Below are positions 17,474 to 26,958 of a stretch of DNA of 53,182 nt, one piece after another. Each line of letters opens with the position of its first letter. Within the stretch, counting starts at the first letter, position 1. Source of the DNA: Verrucomicrobiota bacterium. GTDB lineage: Bacteria > Verrucomicrobiota > Verrucomicrobiia > Chthoniobacterales > UBA10450. Location of the stretch: contig QHON01000171.1 of assembly GCA_003218815.1 (NCBI GenBank), positions 1-53,182 on the forward strand, read 5' to 3'. The notes under the pieces are model-generated. The model searched no databases. It saw only the letters and a list, made by a program, of their open reading frames with translations, and was not told the DNA's origin. The translations under genes and the position numbers were made by a program.

Positions 17474-20400
17474 CTATCGTTTCGGCCAAAGAAACTCATC
17501 TCGATATTCCGGCGTCTTTTCGGGGGCGAAACCGTGGCGCACGATATTTTCGGTCACGACGCGCGGCAATAAAAACTGCAGCAGATAATCAGCGCCTCCA
17601 GCCTTAGTGCCGCCGCCGCTCATTTTGAAACCGCCGAACGGATGCCGCCCGACGACGGCGCCTGTGCACGACCGATTGATGTAGACATTGCCCGCTTCAA
17701 TCTGCGCTTTGGCGCGCTCGATATTTGCCGGGCTGCGCGAAAAAAATCCGGCTGTAAGCGCGTAATCGGTGCCGTTCGCAACATCGAACGCCTCATCGAG
17801 ATCGCGCACCTTAATGACGCTGAGCACCGGGCCGAAGATTTCTTCGCGCGCGATTCGCATGTTTGGCTTCACGCCGGCGAAAATTGTCGGCGGGATGAAA
17901 TAACCTTCCGGTGGCACCTCCTTAGCTTGATAGGCGAGAATTGCCTCGCTTTTGCCAATCTCGATGTATTCGAGAATGCGTTTGTACGCGGCCTCGTCAA
18001 TCACCGGGCCAACCATCATCCCTGGTTCTTCCGGATTGCCGACCCGCAAACTGGCTGCTCCAGAAAGTAAACGCTCCATCACGCGATCGTAATTTTCGTC
18101 GAGAAGGATCAGGCGCGAGAGAGCCGAGCATTTTTGTCCCTGATAGCCGAACGCGGAATAAGTTGAATCGACGATCGCTTCATCTAGATCGGCGTCAGAA
18201 TCGATGATCACCGGATTTTTGCCACCCATCTCACAAACGACGCGCTTCAGTTCGCGTTGACCGGGAAGCGTTTTGCCGGCCGATTCCCAAATCCTCAGCC
18301 CGACTTCGCGTGAGCCGGTGAAAGCGATGAGATCGATATCTTTGTGATCGACAACGTGCGCGCCGATGACCGAGCCGCGGCCCGATAAAAAATTCAAGAC
18401 GCCGGCCGGCACGCCAGCTTCCTGGAAAATCTCCATCAGCATCGCGCCGCAGATGATCGACTGCTCCGACGGCTTCATAATCACCGTATTGCCAGTGACC
18501 AGCGCGGCGGAAACCATTCCGCAAAGAATGGCGATCGGAAAATTCCACGGTGCAATCACCAGGGCGACTCCACGTGGCCAGTAGTGCTGATAACTTTCTT
18601 CGCCGGGAACATGCTGGGTTAGCCGCGGTCGCCCGATCTGCCGCATTTGCCCTGCGTAGAAGCGGCAGAAATCCACCGCCTCGCGAATGTCGCCATCTGC
18701 TTCGGCCCACGGTTTGCCGACTTCGAAAACCTCGAGTGCGGAAAGCTCGTAACGCCTCCGGTCCATGATCGCCGCAGCGCGTTCAAGCAAGCGAGCTCTC
18801 TCTTCAGAGGGCGTCCGGCTCCATTTATCAAATGCCGTGCGGGCAGCTTTGACGGCACGCTCAGCTTCTGGAATTCCCGCTTCCGCCACGTAACCGACGA
18901 CCTCCTTCGGCGCGCTGGGATTGACTGAAGGCGTAAGTTTGTCCGTCCAAACCTTTTCGCCCCCGATGACCAGTGGATATTTTTCACCGAAGCGATTGTG
19001 CACTTCACGCAATGCGGTGCGCATTTTTTCCTGGCTCTCTTGATAAACGAAATTCACAAGCGGTGAGTTTTCGTAAATATCGCCGGGTGGAGATTCAATG
19101 GAAGCGCCATTTTTATGATGTCGATCTTCGGTAATAGCCGGGATCGTGGTCTCGGGCAGCTGGGCGCGGTTTTGCCTGACGAGTTCTTTTGGATCACGCA
19201 GCAATTCCTCTGCAGAAACATTCTCCGAAAATTTCGCGCGTAAAAATCCTTCATTCGATGTGTTCTCAAGCAACCGCCTCACGAAATAGGACATTCCAGG
19301 GAGCAATTCCCCGACCGGGCAGTATTCGCGAACGCGATAACCCATTTCGACCAGGGCGCGTTTGATCGGCCCTGCCATCCCATACAATAGTTGAAACTCG
19401 AAACGGCTGCGATCAATTCCGAGTTCGTCCGCGAACGCCTGCGCGTGCGCGATGCTGCGAACATTGTGTGATCCAAACGCAGCGGTAACGATCGATTCGT
19501 TTTCCAAGAGCACGCGCGAGAGTGCTTCGAAATTTACGTCACTCTCCGGCTTCTGAAAATAAACGGGGCAATTCCAGCCATTCTGTCGCGATTTTATTGT
19601 TTCGTAATCCCAATACGCGCCTTTCACCAGCCGCACCGTGAAACGCGTGCCGCGTGCTCGGCCCCAGTCGATCAGACTGCGCAAATCGGTTTCGGCATCC
19701 CGCAGATAAGCTTGAATGACAATGCCGGCGTGCGGCCAGTCCTTGAATTCTGCTTCGGTGAAGATCGTTTTGAACAGCTCGAGCGTTATATTTTTGTGCG
19801 CGTAACTTTCCATATCGAAATTGATGAACGCACCGAGTTCGCGGGCGCGGCTTAGGATCGGTCGCAGCTTCGGCGCAAGATGCGCAATGGCATCCGCTGG
19901 ATCGGCCGGATTCATCTGCGAATAGAGCGCGGAGATTTTCACAGAAAGATTTACAACCGGAAAAAGCCCCGAATTTTTTTCGAGTGGATTGGTCCAGCCT
20001 CGCGTTTCCCGGGCGAGGCAATCAAGCAAATCAAGACAGCGCTCAGCATACTCGTCAGCTTCCTTTTCGCTCACGATGGCTTCGCCCAAAAGATCGACGG
20101 TGAAACCGATTTTTCGTGCGCGGCGCTTGCGCAACGTTTTCATTACATCTTGGCAATTTTTTCCGGCGATAAATTGTCGCGCCATTCCGGAAACGTTGCG
20201 TCGCAAGATGAATGCGCTGATCCACGGCACGACCCGCGCGACGCGGACACCGGTCCGAATGACCGGCGCGAAGCCGTTACGCATACCAGCGAAATATTCC
20301 TCGAGATGCTGGACGATATCACCCGATTTCCGAAGCGACGGCAGCACCTCTACAAAGCGAAACATCTGCACTTTGAAGTGCTCATCGCGCATTGAGAGAG

Positions 20401-20512
20401 CCATCATCCGCTGGTAAAAACCAGCTTTGCTGAAAAGTGATTCCGGATGCTGATCGACCAGAGTAAAAATGCGTTCCCCGCGTGCCTCGATCTCGCGTTG
20501 AAGCGAACTCAT
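17474..20512 (-). CDS. putA: Bifunctional proline dehydrogenase / L-glutamate gamma-semialdehyde dehydrogenase
   Basis: The 1012-aa product has an N-terminal PRODH barrel region and a C-terminal ALDH domain with EMGGKNP and GQKCSA (catalytic Cys). No RHH DNA-binding domain is present. Confidence 0.95.
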   Translation of the reverse strand: MSSLQREIEARGERIFTLVDQHPESLFSKAGFYQRMMALSMRDEHFKVQMFRFVEVLPSLRKSGDIVQHLEEYFAGMRNGFAPVIRTGVRVARVVPWISAFILRRNVSGMARQFIAGKNCQDVMKTLRKRRARKIGFTVDLLGEAIVSEKEADEYAERCLDLLDCLARETRGWTNPLEKNSGLFPVVNLSVKISALYSQMNPADPADAIAHLAPKLRPILSRARELGAFINFDMESYAHKNITLELFKTIFTEAEFKDWPHAGIVIQAYLRDAETDLRSLIDWGRARGTRFTVRLVKGAYWDYETIKSRQNGWNCPVYFQKPESDVNFEALSRVLLENESIVTAAFGSHNVRSIAHAQAFADELGIDRSRFEFQLLYGMAGPIKRALVEMGYRVREYCPVGELLPGMSYFVRRLLENTSNEGFLRAKFSENVSAEELLRDPKELVRQNRAQLPETTIPAITEDRHHKNGASIESPPGDIYENSPLVNFVYQESQEKMRTALREVHNRFGEKYPLVIGGEKVWTDKLTPSVNPSAPKEVVGYVAEAGIPEAERAVKAARTAFDKWSRTPSEERARLLERAAAIMDRRRYELSALEVFEVGKPWAEADGDIREAVDFCRFYAGQMRQIGRPRLTQHVPGEESYQHYWPRGVALVIAPWNFPIAILCGMVSAALVTGNTVIMKPSEQSIICGAMLMEIFQEAGVPAGVLNFLSGRGSVIGAHVVDHKDIDLIAFTGSREVGLRIWESAGKTLPGQRELKRVVCEMGGKNPVIIDSDADLDEAIVDSTYSAFGYQGQKCSALSRLILLDENYDRVMERLLSGAASLRVGNPEEPGMMVGPVIDEAAYKRILEYIEIGKSEAILAYQAKEVPPEGYFIPPTIFAGVKPNMRIAREEIFGPVLSVIKVRDLDEAFDVANGTDYALTAGFFSRSPANIERAKAQIEAGNVYINRSCTGAVVGRHPFGGFKMSGGGTKAGGADYLLQFLLPRVVTENIVRHGFAPEKTPEYRDEFLWPKR

Positions 20513-20781
20513 CGCGGAAAATTAGCCGCCGTTTTAGGTTAGGCAAAGCGGAAGGGATTTATTTCGCAGGCAGTAAATAATCCGGTCCCGGAGACGGTCA
20601 GTTGACGGGCCGTAATCGAATTAATAAATGAAACCGTTGCGCAGAATTTCGGGGAGCAAGTGGAGGGATTTGCCTGGTGGACTCCAGAGGCCCAGGGCTC
20701 GGGTTCGTCAGGCAATCTCTTTTTGTGGGCTTCAGGCATGCCAATTTGCTCCCCGGGCCGAACGCGATTAGCAAGATCGAC

Positions 20782-21825
20782 ATGAGCCAATCTGGCGGGG
20801 GCCATGAGTTTGCCAGTGACAACACGGCGGGGATTTGTCCAGAGGCATGGGCCGCCCTGGAAAAAGCGAATACGGGCGAGGTATCATCATATGGCGAAGA
20901 TCAGTGGACGGCGCGCGTATGCGATCGTATCCGCGAGATCTTCGAGACTGATTGCGATGTCTACTTTGTTTTTAACGGCACCGCGGCAAACGCGCTGGCG
21001 CTCGCGCAGCTCTGCCATTCATTCGAGAGCGTTATCTGTCACGAGCATTCACATATTCACACGGACGAGTGTGGCGCGCCGGAATTTTTCACAAAGGGAT
21101 CGAAGTTGCTCCTGATTGATGGCGCCAACGGGAAGATAGACATCGGCCAGGCGGAATTGATGCTTGCACGCCAAAACGAGCTCCATTCGCACAAACCGCG
21201 CGCGATCAGCATCACTCAATCAACCGAACTCGGAGCGATTTACATACCCGAGGAGATCGCGGCGATTAGCGGATTTGCGCTTGCTCGCGAAATGTTGTTG
21301 CACATGGACGGCGCGCGTTTTGCCAACGCGGTCGCGGCGCTCAATTGTGCCCCGAAGGCGGTTACCTGGGAAGTTGGCGTTGATGTTCTCTGCTTCGGCG
21401 GCACGAAGAATGGCCTGGGCGCCGGCGAGCTGGTTATTTTTTTTAAAAAAGAGCTTTCGCGCGAATTCGATTATCGATTGAAGCAAGGGGGCCAGCTCGG
21501 TTCGAAAATGCGTTTTCTCGCCGCCCCATGGCTCGGACTTTTGACGAATGACGTTTGGCTGCGGAATGCACAGCACGCTAACCGCGCGGCGAGTCAGCTC
21601 GCGAATCGGCTGAAAACCGAAGCCAAGATCGACATCGTCTTTCCGGTCGAGGCAAACGGGGTATTTTTCCGAATGAATGAGGAACTCGCACGCGATCTCC
21701 ATGCGCGCGGCTGGCATTTTTACAAATTCATTGAGCCGGATGTTTACCGCCTTATGTGTTCATGGTCGGTGACTGATCAGACCATCTCCGATTTCATGGC
21801 GGACGTTGCTGCGTTAAATCATTGA
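20782..21825 (+). CDS. ltaE: Low-specificity L-threonine aldolase (beta-eliminating lyase family)
   Basis: ATG at 20782 gives MSQSGGGHEFASDNTAGICPEAW. FNGTAANALAL and the FGGTKNG PLP-lysine motif are present. Confidence 0.85.
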   Translation: MSQSGGGHEFASDNTAGICPEAWAALEKANTGEVSSYGEDQWTARVCDRIREIFETDCDVYFVFNGTAANALALAQLCHSFESVICHEHSHIHTDECGAPEFFTKGSKLLLIDGANGKIDIGQAELMLARQNELHSHKPRAISITQSTELGAIYIPEEIAAISGFALAREMLLHMDGARFANAVAALNCAPKAVTWEVGVDVLCFGGTKNGLGAGELVIFFKKELSREFDYRLKQGGQLGSKMRFLAAPWLGLLTNDVWLRNAQHANRAASQLANRLKTEAKIDIVFPVEANGVFFRMNEELARDLHARGWHFYKFIEPDVYRLMCSWSVTDQTISDFMADVAALNH

Positions 21826-21863
21826 ACAGATAACGATGACGCGACATCTGTATAGGAACTAGA

Positions 21864-22406
21864 ATGAATCTAGTCGCGCGAGCCTTGATCTTTACCGCGG
21901 TTTTGCTTGGAGGATGTCGAGCGACCCGCGATGTTGCGGTTACCTCTTATCATGTGACCCGCGATGTCGCAGTCGGTTCGTATCGCGTTGCCACTGCACC
22001 GGTGCATTACGCCTTAAAGGGGCACCGCGGCGATTCCTCAACGACAGCCACGACGAGAGAGACACCGTCGTCCGACGTTACGACACCCGGCGAACCGGTT
22101 CCAGCGCCGACGATGGCTGTGACGCAGCAGTCGCAACCTGTGGCCCCAAGGGTTCAAAATCGCTCAGCAACTATTGCCCCGCGTGTGAATCACAAGGAAA
22201 CATCGCAAGCGAAGACAAAACCGGCGCCATCGACACACCCTGCCTCTGCACAGCTGGAATTTCCAACCGCTAAGTCAATCCCCGGCAAGCCTGGATACGT
22301 CCTCAGTCCCTTTGATGCGAATGGAAGATATGTCGATGTGAGCGGTTACACATCTGGCAGCAAAGTAAAAGATCCGTGGACCGATAAAATCTTTATCGTT
22401 CCCTAA
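21864..22406 (+). CDS. Lipoprotein with low-complexity linker and conserved C-terminal PGKP...SPF...YVDV...VKDPxTDKIFxVP motif (paralog of 44434..44823)
   Basis: The lipobox is AVLLGGC. A Thr/Pro/Ser-rich linker follows. The C-terminal 41 aa (22281..22403) align with the C-terminus of the 44434..44823 product. Confidence 0.65.
   Translation: MNLVARALIFTAVLLGGCRATRDVAVTSYHVTRDVAVGSYRVATAPVHYALKGHRGDSSTTATTRETPSSDVTTPGEPVPAPTMAVTQQSQPVAPRVQNRSATIAPRVNHKETSQAKTKPAPSTHPASAQLEFPTAKSIPGKPGYVLSPFDANGRYVDVSGYTSGSKVKDPWTDKIFIVP
21924..21989 (+). repeat. Imperfect tandem 33-nt repeat inside the lipoprotein gene
   Basis: Two adjacent units, acccgcgatgttgcggttacctcttatcatgtg and acccgcgatgtcgcagtcggttcgtatcgcgtt, encode TRDVAVTSYHV / TRDVAVGSYRV. 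Confidence 0.7.
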
Positions 22407-22496
22407 CCTTCGGGAAAATTTCGTAGCAGGATTATTCCGATCTGTTGCTGGTTGGTGCGCATTGCCCCGCAGTTCCGCGAGTGCTACTTAAATATA

Positions 22497-24620
22497 ATGA
22501 AATCGGCATTCCGACTTGGCGCGTATGCGATCGTCTACCTGTCGATCCTCGTCCTCGCCCCGCATGGCGAGAGCCAGTCTTATCAGGGCAAGGAACTTGT
22601 TAAGGCGGAACTGCTTGCCGATACAGACGCCGTTATTCCAGGGAAGCCATTCACCATTGGTTTGCTGCTTCGAATGGCCCCCGGCTGGCATACTTACTGG
22701 AAATTTTCCGGCGATGCCGGCCTACCAACCGAAATTAATTGGAACCTGCCCGCCGGTTGGAAAGCCGGTGAGATCCAATGGCCGATCCCGCTGAAAACGA
22801 ACGACCCGGGCGACATCCAAACCTATGGCTACCAAGACGAAGTCTTGCTCATGCAGCAGATCACGCCCTCGGCCAAGATCGACAAATCATCAGTGAAACT
22901 TTCTGCGGATGCAAGCTGGCTGGTTTGCGAAAGGATTTGCATTCCTGGCAGCGCGAAGTTGAATGTCGATCTTCCGATTGCATCGGCAAACAACCCTGCG
23001 AACCAGGAACTCTTTGCCCGCTGGCGCCGCTTGCTTCCGCAGAATCTACCCGAAACCGCAAAGGGAAATTGGAGTCGCATTGGATCCGATCTCCGTCTCA
23101 GCCTAACGACGACGGCACTGGCAAATTACCCAACGGTAGGTTTCTTCCCGTTGCCGCCAGACAATACCGCGGTCGGTCATCCGACGATTGAGTCGCGCAG
23201 CGGAAACGAAATCACGTTCCACATTCCAATCCAGTCGGCGAACAAAAGCTTATTGTCGATGGAAGGGTTGCTCGTTTTCGGTCAGCAAGCCAACGGAGAA
23301 GACCGTTCCGCCTGGCAAATTACAAACGCTGCGACGGCTTCGAGCGCCGATTCCACTCCCGCACGCGGAATCTTCACGTTTCTCTTTTTCGGTTTTGTGG
23401 GCGGAATCATTTTGAACTTGATGCCCTGTGTTCTGCCGGTCATCTCGCTCAAGATTTTCGGTTTCGTTCAGCACGCGGGGCAAAGCCGTCAGAAAATCTT
23501 GCGCAGCGGAATCGCTTTTGCCGGTGGGATTTTTGCCTGGTTTATCGGTCTGGCGGCCTTGTTGATCGCGCTTAAAGCCGCGGGTCGTGAAATTACCTGG
23601 GGAGGACTCCAGTTCACGAATGCATATTTTGTTCTCTTTTTGAGCGTCATCGTTCTCGTATTTGCACTCAATTTATTCGGTGTTTTTGAAATTTCGCTGC
23701 CGCAAAGCGCCACCCGCGGATTGCTTGGCTGGACGGGGGCCCAAGGCGAAGCGGGCTCATTTTTCCAGGGAGTTTTCGCGACCGTGCTCGCGACGCCGTG
23801 CACTGCACCTTTTCTAGGAACCGCGCTCGGCTTCGCCTTTGCTCAATCTCCAGCCATCATATTGTCGATGTTTGTCGCGATTGCAGCTGGAATGAGTGCC
23901 CCGTATTTGCTGCTCTGCGCGCAACCCGCCTGGCTGCGCTTTCTGCCGAAGCCGGGACCTTGGATGCTCCATGTGAAGCAATTCATGGGATTTCTGCTGC
24001 TGGCGACACTGCTCTTCCTCCTTTACGTGCTTGGCGCGCAACGCGGCCTGGACGGCGCGATTTGGGCGAGCTGCTTTTTGCTCTTCGTGAGTATCGCGTG
24101 CTGGATGAAAGGCGCATTTGTCGTCCCGAGCGCATCGGTTGCGGCGAGACAGATTTCCGTCTTGCTCTTGCTCGTGCTCGTAATCGGCAGTGGTATTTAT
24201 TTCATCGGTGGCAAATTTCGCTCGACGAAAATCTCAACCGGATCGACTCAGTTGGCTGGCGATTGGCAGGCGTTCACCCCCGAGCGGTTACAAGCGGAAC
24301 TGGAGCAAGGCCATTCTGTGTTTGTCGATTTTACAGCGGCATGGTGTCTCACCTGTAAATTCAACGAAGCGAATGTGCTTGAGAGCGCTGCTGTGCGCGA
24401 AGCGTTTCAGCGTCATGCGGTCGTTAAATTGAAAGCTGATTGGACCAACGGCGATCCTATAATCACAAAATTATTGCAACAATTTGGCCGCCCAGGTGTC
24501 CCACTTTACGTGCTCTATCGCGGTAAATCCGAGGAACCAATCGTTTTTCCCGAATTGCTCACGAAGAGCATCATTCTCGATAAACTTGAAACAATCTCAC
24601 ACACCGTCGCTTCTCAATAA
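22497..24620 (+). CDS. dsbD: Thiol:disulfide interchange protein DsbD-like (alpha domain, TM core, C-terminal thioredoxin domain)
   Basis: ATG at 22497 is followed by a signal sequence. NLMPCVLPV and TPCTAPFLG are the TM cysteine motifs. The C-terminal FVDFTAAWCLTCKFNE is a thioredoxin CxxC motif. Confidence 0.85.
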   Translation: MKSAFRLGAYAIVYLSILVLAPHGESQSYQGKELVKAELLADTDAVIPGKPFTIGLLLRMAPGWHTYWKFSGDAGLPTEINWNLPAGWKAGEIQWPIPLKTNDPGDIQTYGYQDEVLLMQQITPSAKIDKSSVKLSADASWLVCERICIPGSAKLNVDLPIASANNPANQELFARWRRLLPQNLPETAKGNWSRIGSDLRLSLTTTALANYPTVGFFPLPPDNTAVGHPTIESRSGNEITFHIPIQSANKSLLSMEGLLVFGQQANGEDRSAWQITNAATASSADSTPARGIFTFLFFGFVGGIILNLMPCVLPVISLKIFGFVQHAGQSRQKILRSGIAFAGGIFAWFIGLAALLIALKAAGREITWGGLQFTNAYFVLFLSVIVLVFALNLFGVFEISLPQSATRGLLGWTGAQGEAGSFFQGVFATVLATPCTAPFLGTALGFAFAQSPAIILSMFVAIAAGMSAPYLLLCAQPAWLRFLPKPGPWMLHVKQFMGFLLLATLLFLLYVLGAQRGLDGAIWASCFLLFVSIACWMKGAFVVPSASVAARQISVLLLLVLVIGSGIYFIGGKFRSTKISTGSTQLAGDWQAFTPERLQAELEQGHSVFVDFTAAWCLTCKFNEANVLESAAVREAFQRHAVVKLKADWTNGDPIITKLLQQFGRPGVPLYVLYRGKSEEPIVFPELLTKSIILDKLETISHTVASQ

Positions 24621-24623
24621 TCT

Positions 24624-25232
24624 ATGAAAACAAAACTCACGCTTACCATCGTTGCGTCACTCGTAACCACTGCGCTCTACGCGTTTGATCCACCTCCAGT
24701 TGGAACCGCGGCGCCGGATTTTTCGCTCACGGATGCGAAAGGCGAAACGTACTCGCCTTCGCAATACAAAGGCAAATACGTGGTGCTTGAATGGTTTAAT
24801 CCGGAATGCCCGTTCGTGAAAAAACATTACGGCAGTGGCAACATGCAAAAATTGCAGGAGGAATACACCGGTAAAGGCGTTGTTTGGCTAACGATCGATT
24901 CCAACGCCCCTGGGTCAGAGGGCAACCTTTCGGCCGATGCGGCCAGTAAGGTCATGACCGGCTGGAAAACGCGGCAGACCGCGCTCCTTCTCGATCCGGA
25001 AGGCAAAGCCGGACGCGCTTATGGGGCAAAGAATACACCGAACATGGTTGTAATTAACCCAGAAGGGAAAATTGTTTACGAAGGCGCGATCGACAGCAAA
25101 GCCACGCCCAATCCCGCGGACATTCCGAATTCGACCAACTACGTCAAAGTCGCGCTCGACGAATCGCTCGCGGGCAAACCCGTTACGACTTCGACGACCA
25201 AACCGTACGGTTGCTCGGTCAAATACAAATGA
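24624..25232 (+). CDS. Secreted thioredoxin-fold (redoxin/TlpA-like) protein
   Basis: The gene starts 3 nt after the dsbD stop. It has a signal peptide, VVLEWFNPECPFVKKHY and the C-terminal PYGCSVKY. Confidence 0.75.
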   Translation: MKTKLTLTIVASLVTTALYAFDPPPVGTAAPDFSLTDAKGETYSPSQYKGKYVVLEWFNPECPFVKKHYGSGNMQKLQEEYTGKGVVWLTIDSNAPGSEGNLSADAASKVMTGWKTRQTALLLDPEGKAGRAYGAKNTPNMVVINPEGKIVYEGAIDSKATPNPADIPNSTNYVKVALDESLAGKPVTTSTTKPYGCSVKYK

Positions 25233-25265
25233 GTCGGTCGAAAAGCTGCGACACGTGGAGAAGGG

Positions 25266-26069
25266 CTAGAGGCTAATTTCGTTTCTTCGAAACCGGGAAG
25301 CCCATCGCAAGATCGGCATCGGTGTCAGGCGGACGAGCAACATCCCGACCTTCATGGCGAAACCGGGAATGACGAGCGGGCGGTCTGCTTCCAGTGCAGC
25401 GAGTGCATCGCGCACTACCTGTTCGACCGGAACATGAACGAACCCCGGACCGCCTTCAGGCTGTTCGCCAGGGCGTTTTGCGACCTCCTGAAATTCGGTG
25501 TGCACAGGACCGGGACAGAGAGTGCACACGCTCACGCCGGTTTCACGGAGTTCAGCGCGGAGCGCTTCGGAGAAGCTGGTCACGTACGCCTTGGTCGCAG
25601 CGTAAACAGCAAATCCGGGAATTGGCAGGAAACCGGCAGATGAACTCACGTTCAAAATTGCGCCGCGTTTTCTGGCAATCATTTGCGGAAGCAAACTGCG
25701 GGTGAGGAAAGTAAGCGCGACGACGTTTACCAGTGTCATTTGCTCATTGCGTCTGGGGTCGCTTGTGGCGAAAGCGCCGCTATCGCCGAGACCTGCGTTG
25801 TTGATTAAAAGATCGACATGGATTTTTTCGTGCTCTAGCCACGCATTCAATTCTTCGACGGCGGAATGATTCGCGAGATCAGTTTTGCGAATATGAACGG
25901 TCAGACTGGGATGCTGCCGAGTTAATTTGTTGCGAGCCTCACTTAATCTCTCCTCGTTTCGTGCGACGAGAACGAGCGACTGCGCCCGCCCGGCGAGCTG
26001 TTGGGCAAATTCGCGCCCGATTCCAGACGATGCTCCCGTGATCAGCGCGTTGCAATGATCAATCTTCAT
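25266..26069 (-). CDS. Classical short-chain dehydrogenase/reductase
   Basis: ATG at 26069 gives MKIDHCNALITGASSGIGREF. NNAG and YAATKAYV motifs are present. The ATG overlaps the upstream TGA (ATGA). Confidence 0.85.
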   Translation of the reverse strand: MKIDHCNALITGASSGIGREFAQQLAGRAQSLVLVARNEERLSEARNKLTRQHPSLTVHIRKTDLANHSAVEELNAWLEHEKIHVDLLINNAGLGDSGAFATSDPRRNEQMTLVNVVALTFLTRSLLPQMIARKRGAILNVSSSAGFLPIPGFAVYAATKAYVTSFSEALRAELRETGVSVCTLCPGPVHTEFQEVAKRPGEQPEGGPGFVHVPVEQVVRDALAALEADRPLVIPGFAMKVGMLLVRLTPMPILRWASRFRRNEISL

Positions 26070-26758
26070 CGGGAACGTCTTAGAGCTTCCAGCTCCGATT
26101 TGGTGAGCGGCCGCCAATGGCCGCCCGGCAAATCGCCGAGTCGAAGGTCTCCAATTCGGATACGCACGAGATGTTTCACTTCATAGCCGATTTTGTGAAA
26201 CATACGACGAATTTGCCGGTTGATTCCTTGCCGCAGGACAACCCGCAAACGGGTAGGACCGATCGCAACCAGCCGGGCGATCTGCGTGCGTTGGCCGTTG
26301 AGATAAATCCCGCGTAGTAACTTCGCCGCCAACGTCGGGTCCCAGCGACGATCAAGCGTGACCTCGTATTCCTTTTCGATCTTGTATCGCGGATGCGTGA
26401 GCTTTTGCGCGAACTCGCCATCATTCGTGAGAATGAGCAATCCTTCGCTCTGCGCGTCGAGCCGGCCGATATTAAAGAGCCTAGGAAACTTTGACGGCAA
26501 CAGATCAAAAATCGTGTCCCGCGCATGAGGATCTTTTCTTGTCGAAACGAAACCGGCTGGTTTGTTGATGACAATATGCAGCGGCCGATTGGTGTGGACG
26601 AGCTTCCCGTCGACTTTCACGTGATCGTGCGCGGAAGGTTGCGCACTAAAATCGGTGCAACGCCGACCATTAATTGTAACACGCCCGTCGGCGATCAACT
26701 CGTCACAATGTCGGCGCGAACCGACGCCGGCAGCTGCGAGGAAGCGATTGAGGCGCAC
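26066..26758 (-). CDS. Pseudouridine synthase, RsuA/RluB family with S4 domain
   Basis: The start is GTG at 26758. The S4 region is MRLNRFLAAAGVGSRRHCDELIADGRVTING, and the catalytic motif is GRLDAQSEGLLILTNDG. Confidence 0.9.
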   Translation of the reverse strand: MRLNRFLAAAGVGSRRHCDELIADGRVTINGRRCTDFSAQPSAHDHVKVDGKLVHTNRPLHIVINKPAGFVSTRKDPHARDTIFDLLPSKFPRLFNIGRLDAQSEGLLILTNDGEFAQKLTHPRYKIEKEYEVTLDRRWDPTLAAKLLRGIYLNGQRTQIARLVAIGPTRLRVVLRQGINRQIRRMFHKIGYEVKHLVRIRIGDLRLGDLPGGHWRPLTKSELEALRRSR

Positions 26759-26802
26759 ATTTAAGCGTTAAAGAATCGAAGAGGATCGCTTCAACGAGCC
26801 CA

Positions 26803-26958
26803 TCACGCCTCCGGTTTTGTTTTCGGAAGGCCAATAACTTTTCGGCCCTCTTTCCACTGACCGCGTTTCTTGAGCAACTCGACGCGCTCGAAGCGTTTCA
26901 AGACATTGCGCTTTGCGGTGATCGTGCTGGCTCCTCTCAAACTGCGATGTTGTGACAT
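26803..26958 (-). CDS. 51-aa highly basic protein (PVC-type 'small basic protein'-like); absent from the ORF track because it is <60 aa
   Basis: I translated it as MSQHRSLRGASTITAKRNVLKRFERVELLKKRGQWKEGRKVIGLPKTKPEA. From memory it resembles the small basic protein family (TIGR04137) of Planctomycetes/Verrucomicrobia. Confidence 0.55.
   Translation of the reverse strand: MSQHRSLRGASTITAKRNVLKRFERVELLKKRGQWKEGRKVIGLPKTKPEA

Noticed and set aside
20513-20781. The 269-bp putA / ltaE divergent spacer was considered as a possible glycine or other amino-acid riboswitch upstream of threonine aldolase.
   Set aside because: I could not find the glycine-riboswitch core elements (CUCUGGAGAG / ACCGAAGGGGCAA-like) or any other consensus I know. 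Only short, weak stems are present. An Infernal scan would settle it.
21437-21450. The T8A6 tract (U UUU UUU AAA AAA G) inside ltaE was considered as a possible programmed frameshift site.
   Set aside because: The zero frame continues through a conserved full-length enzyme (VIFFKKELSREF...). The +1 frame stops at 21481, and I could not check the -1 frame. Similar T7-T8 runs occur in other intact genes here (for example plsC at about 47616).
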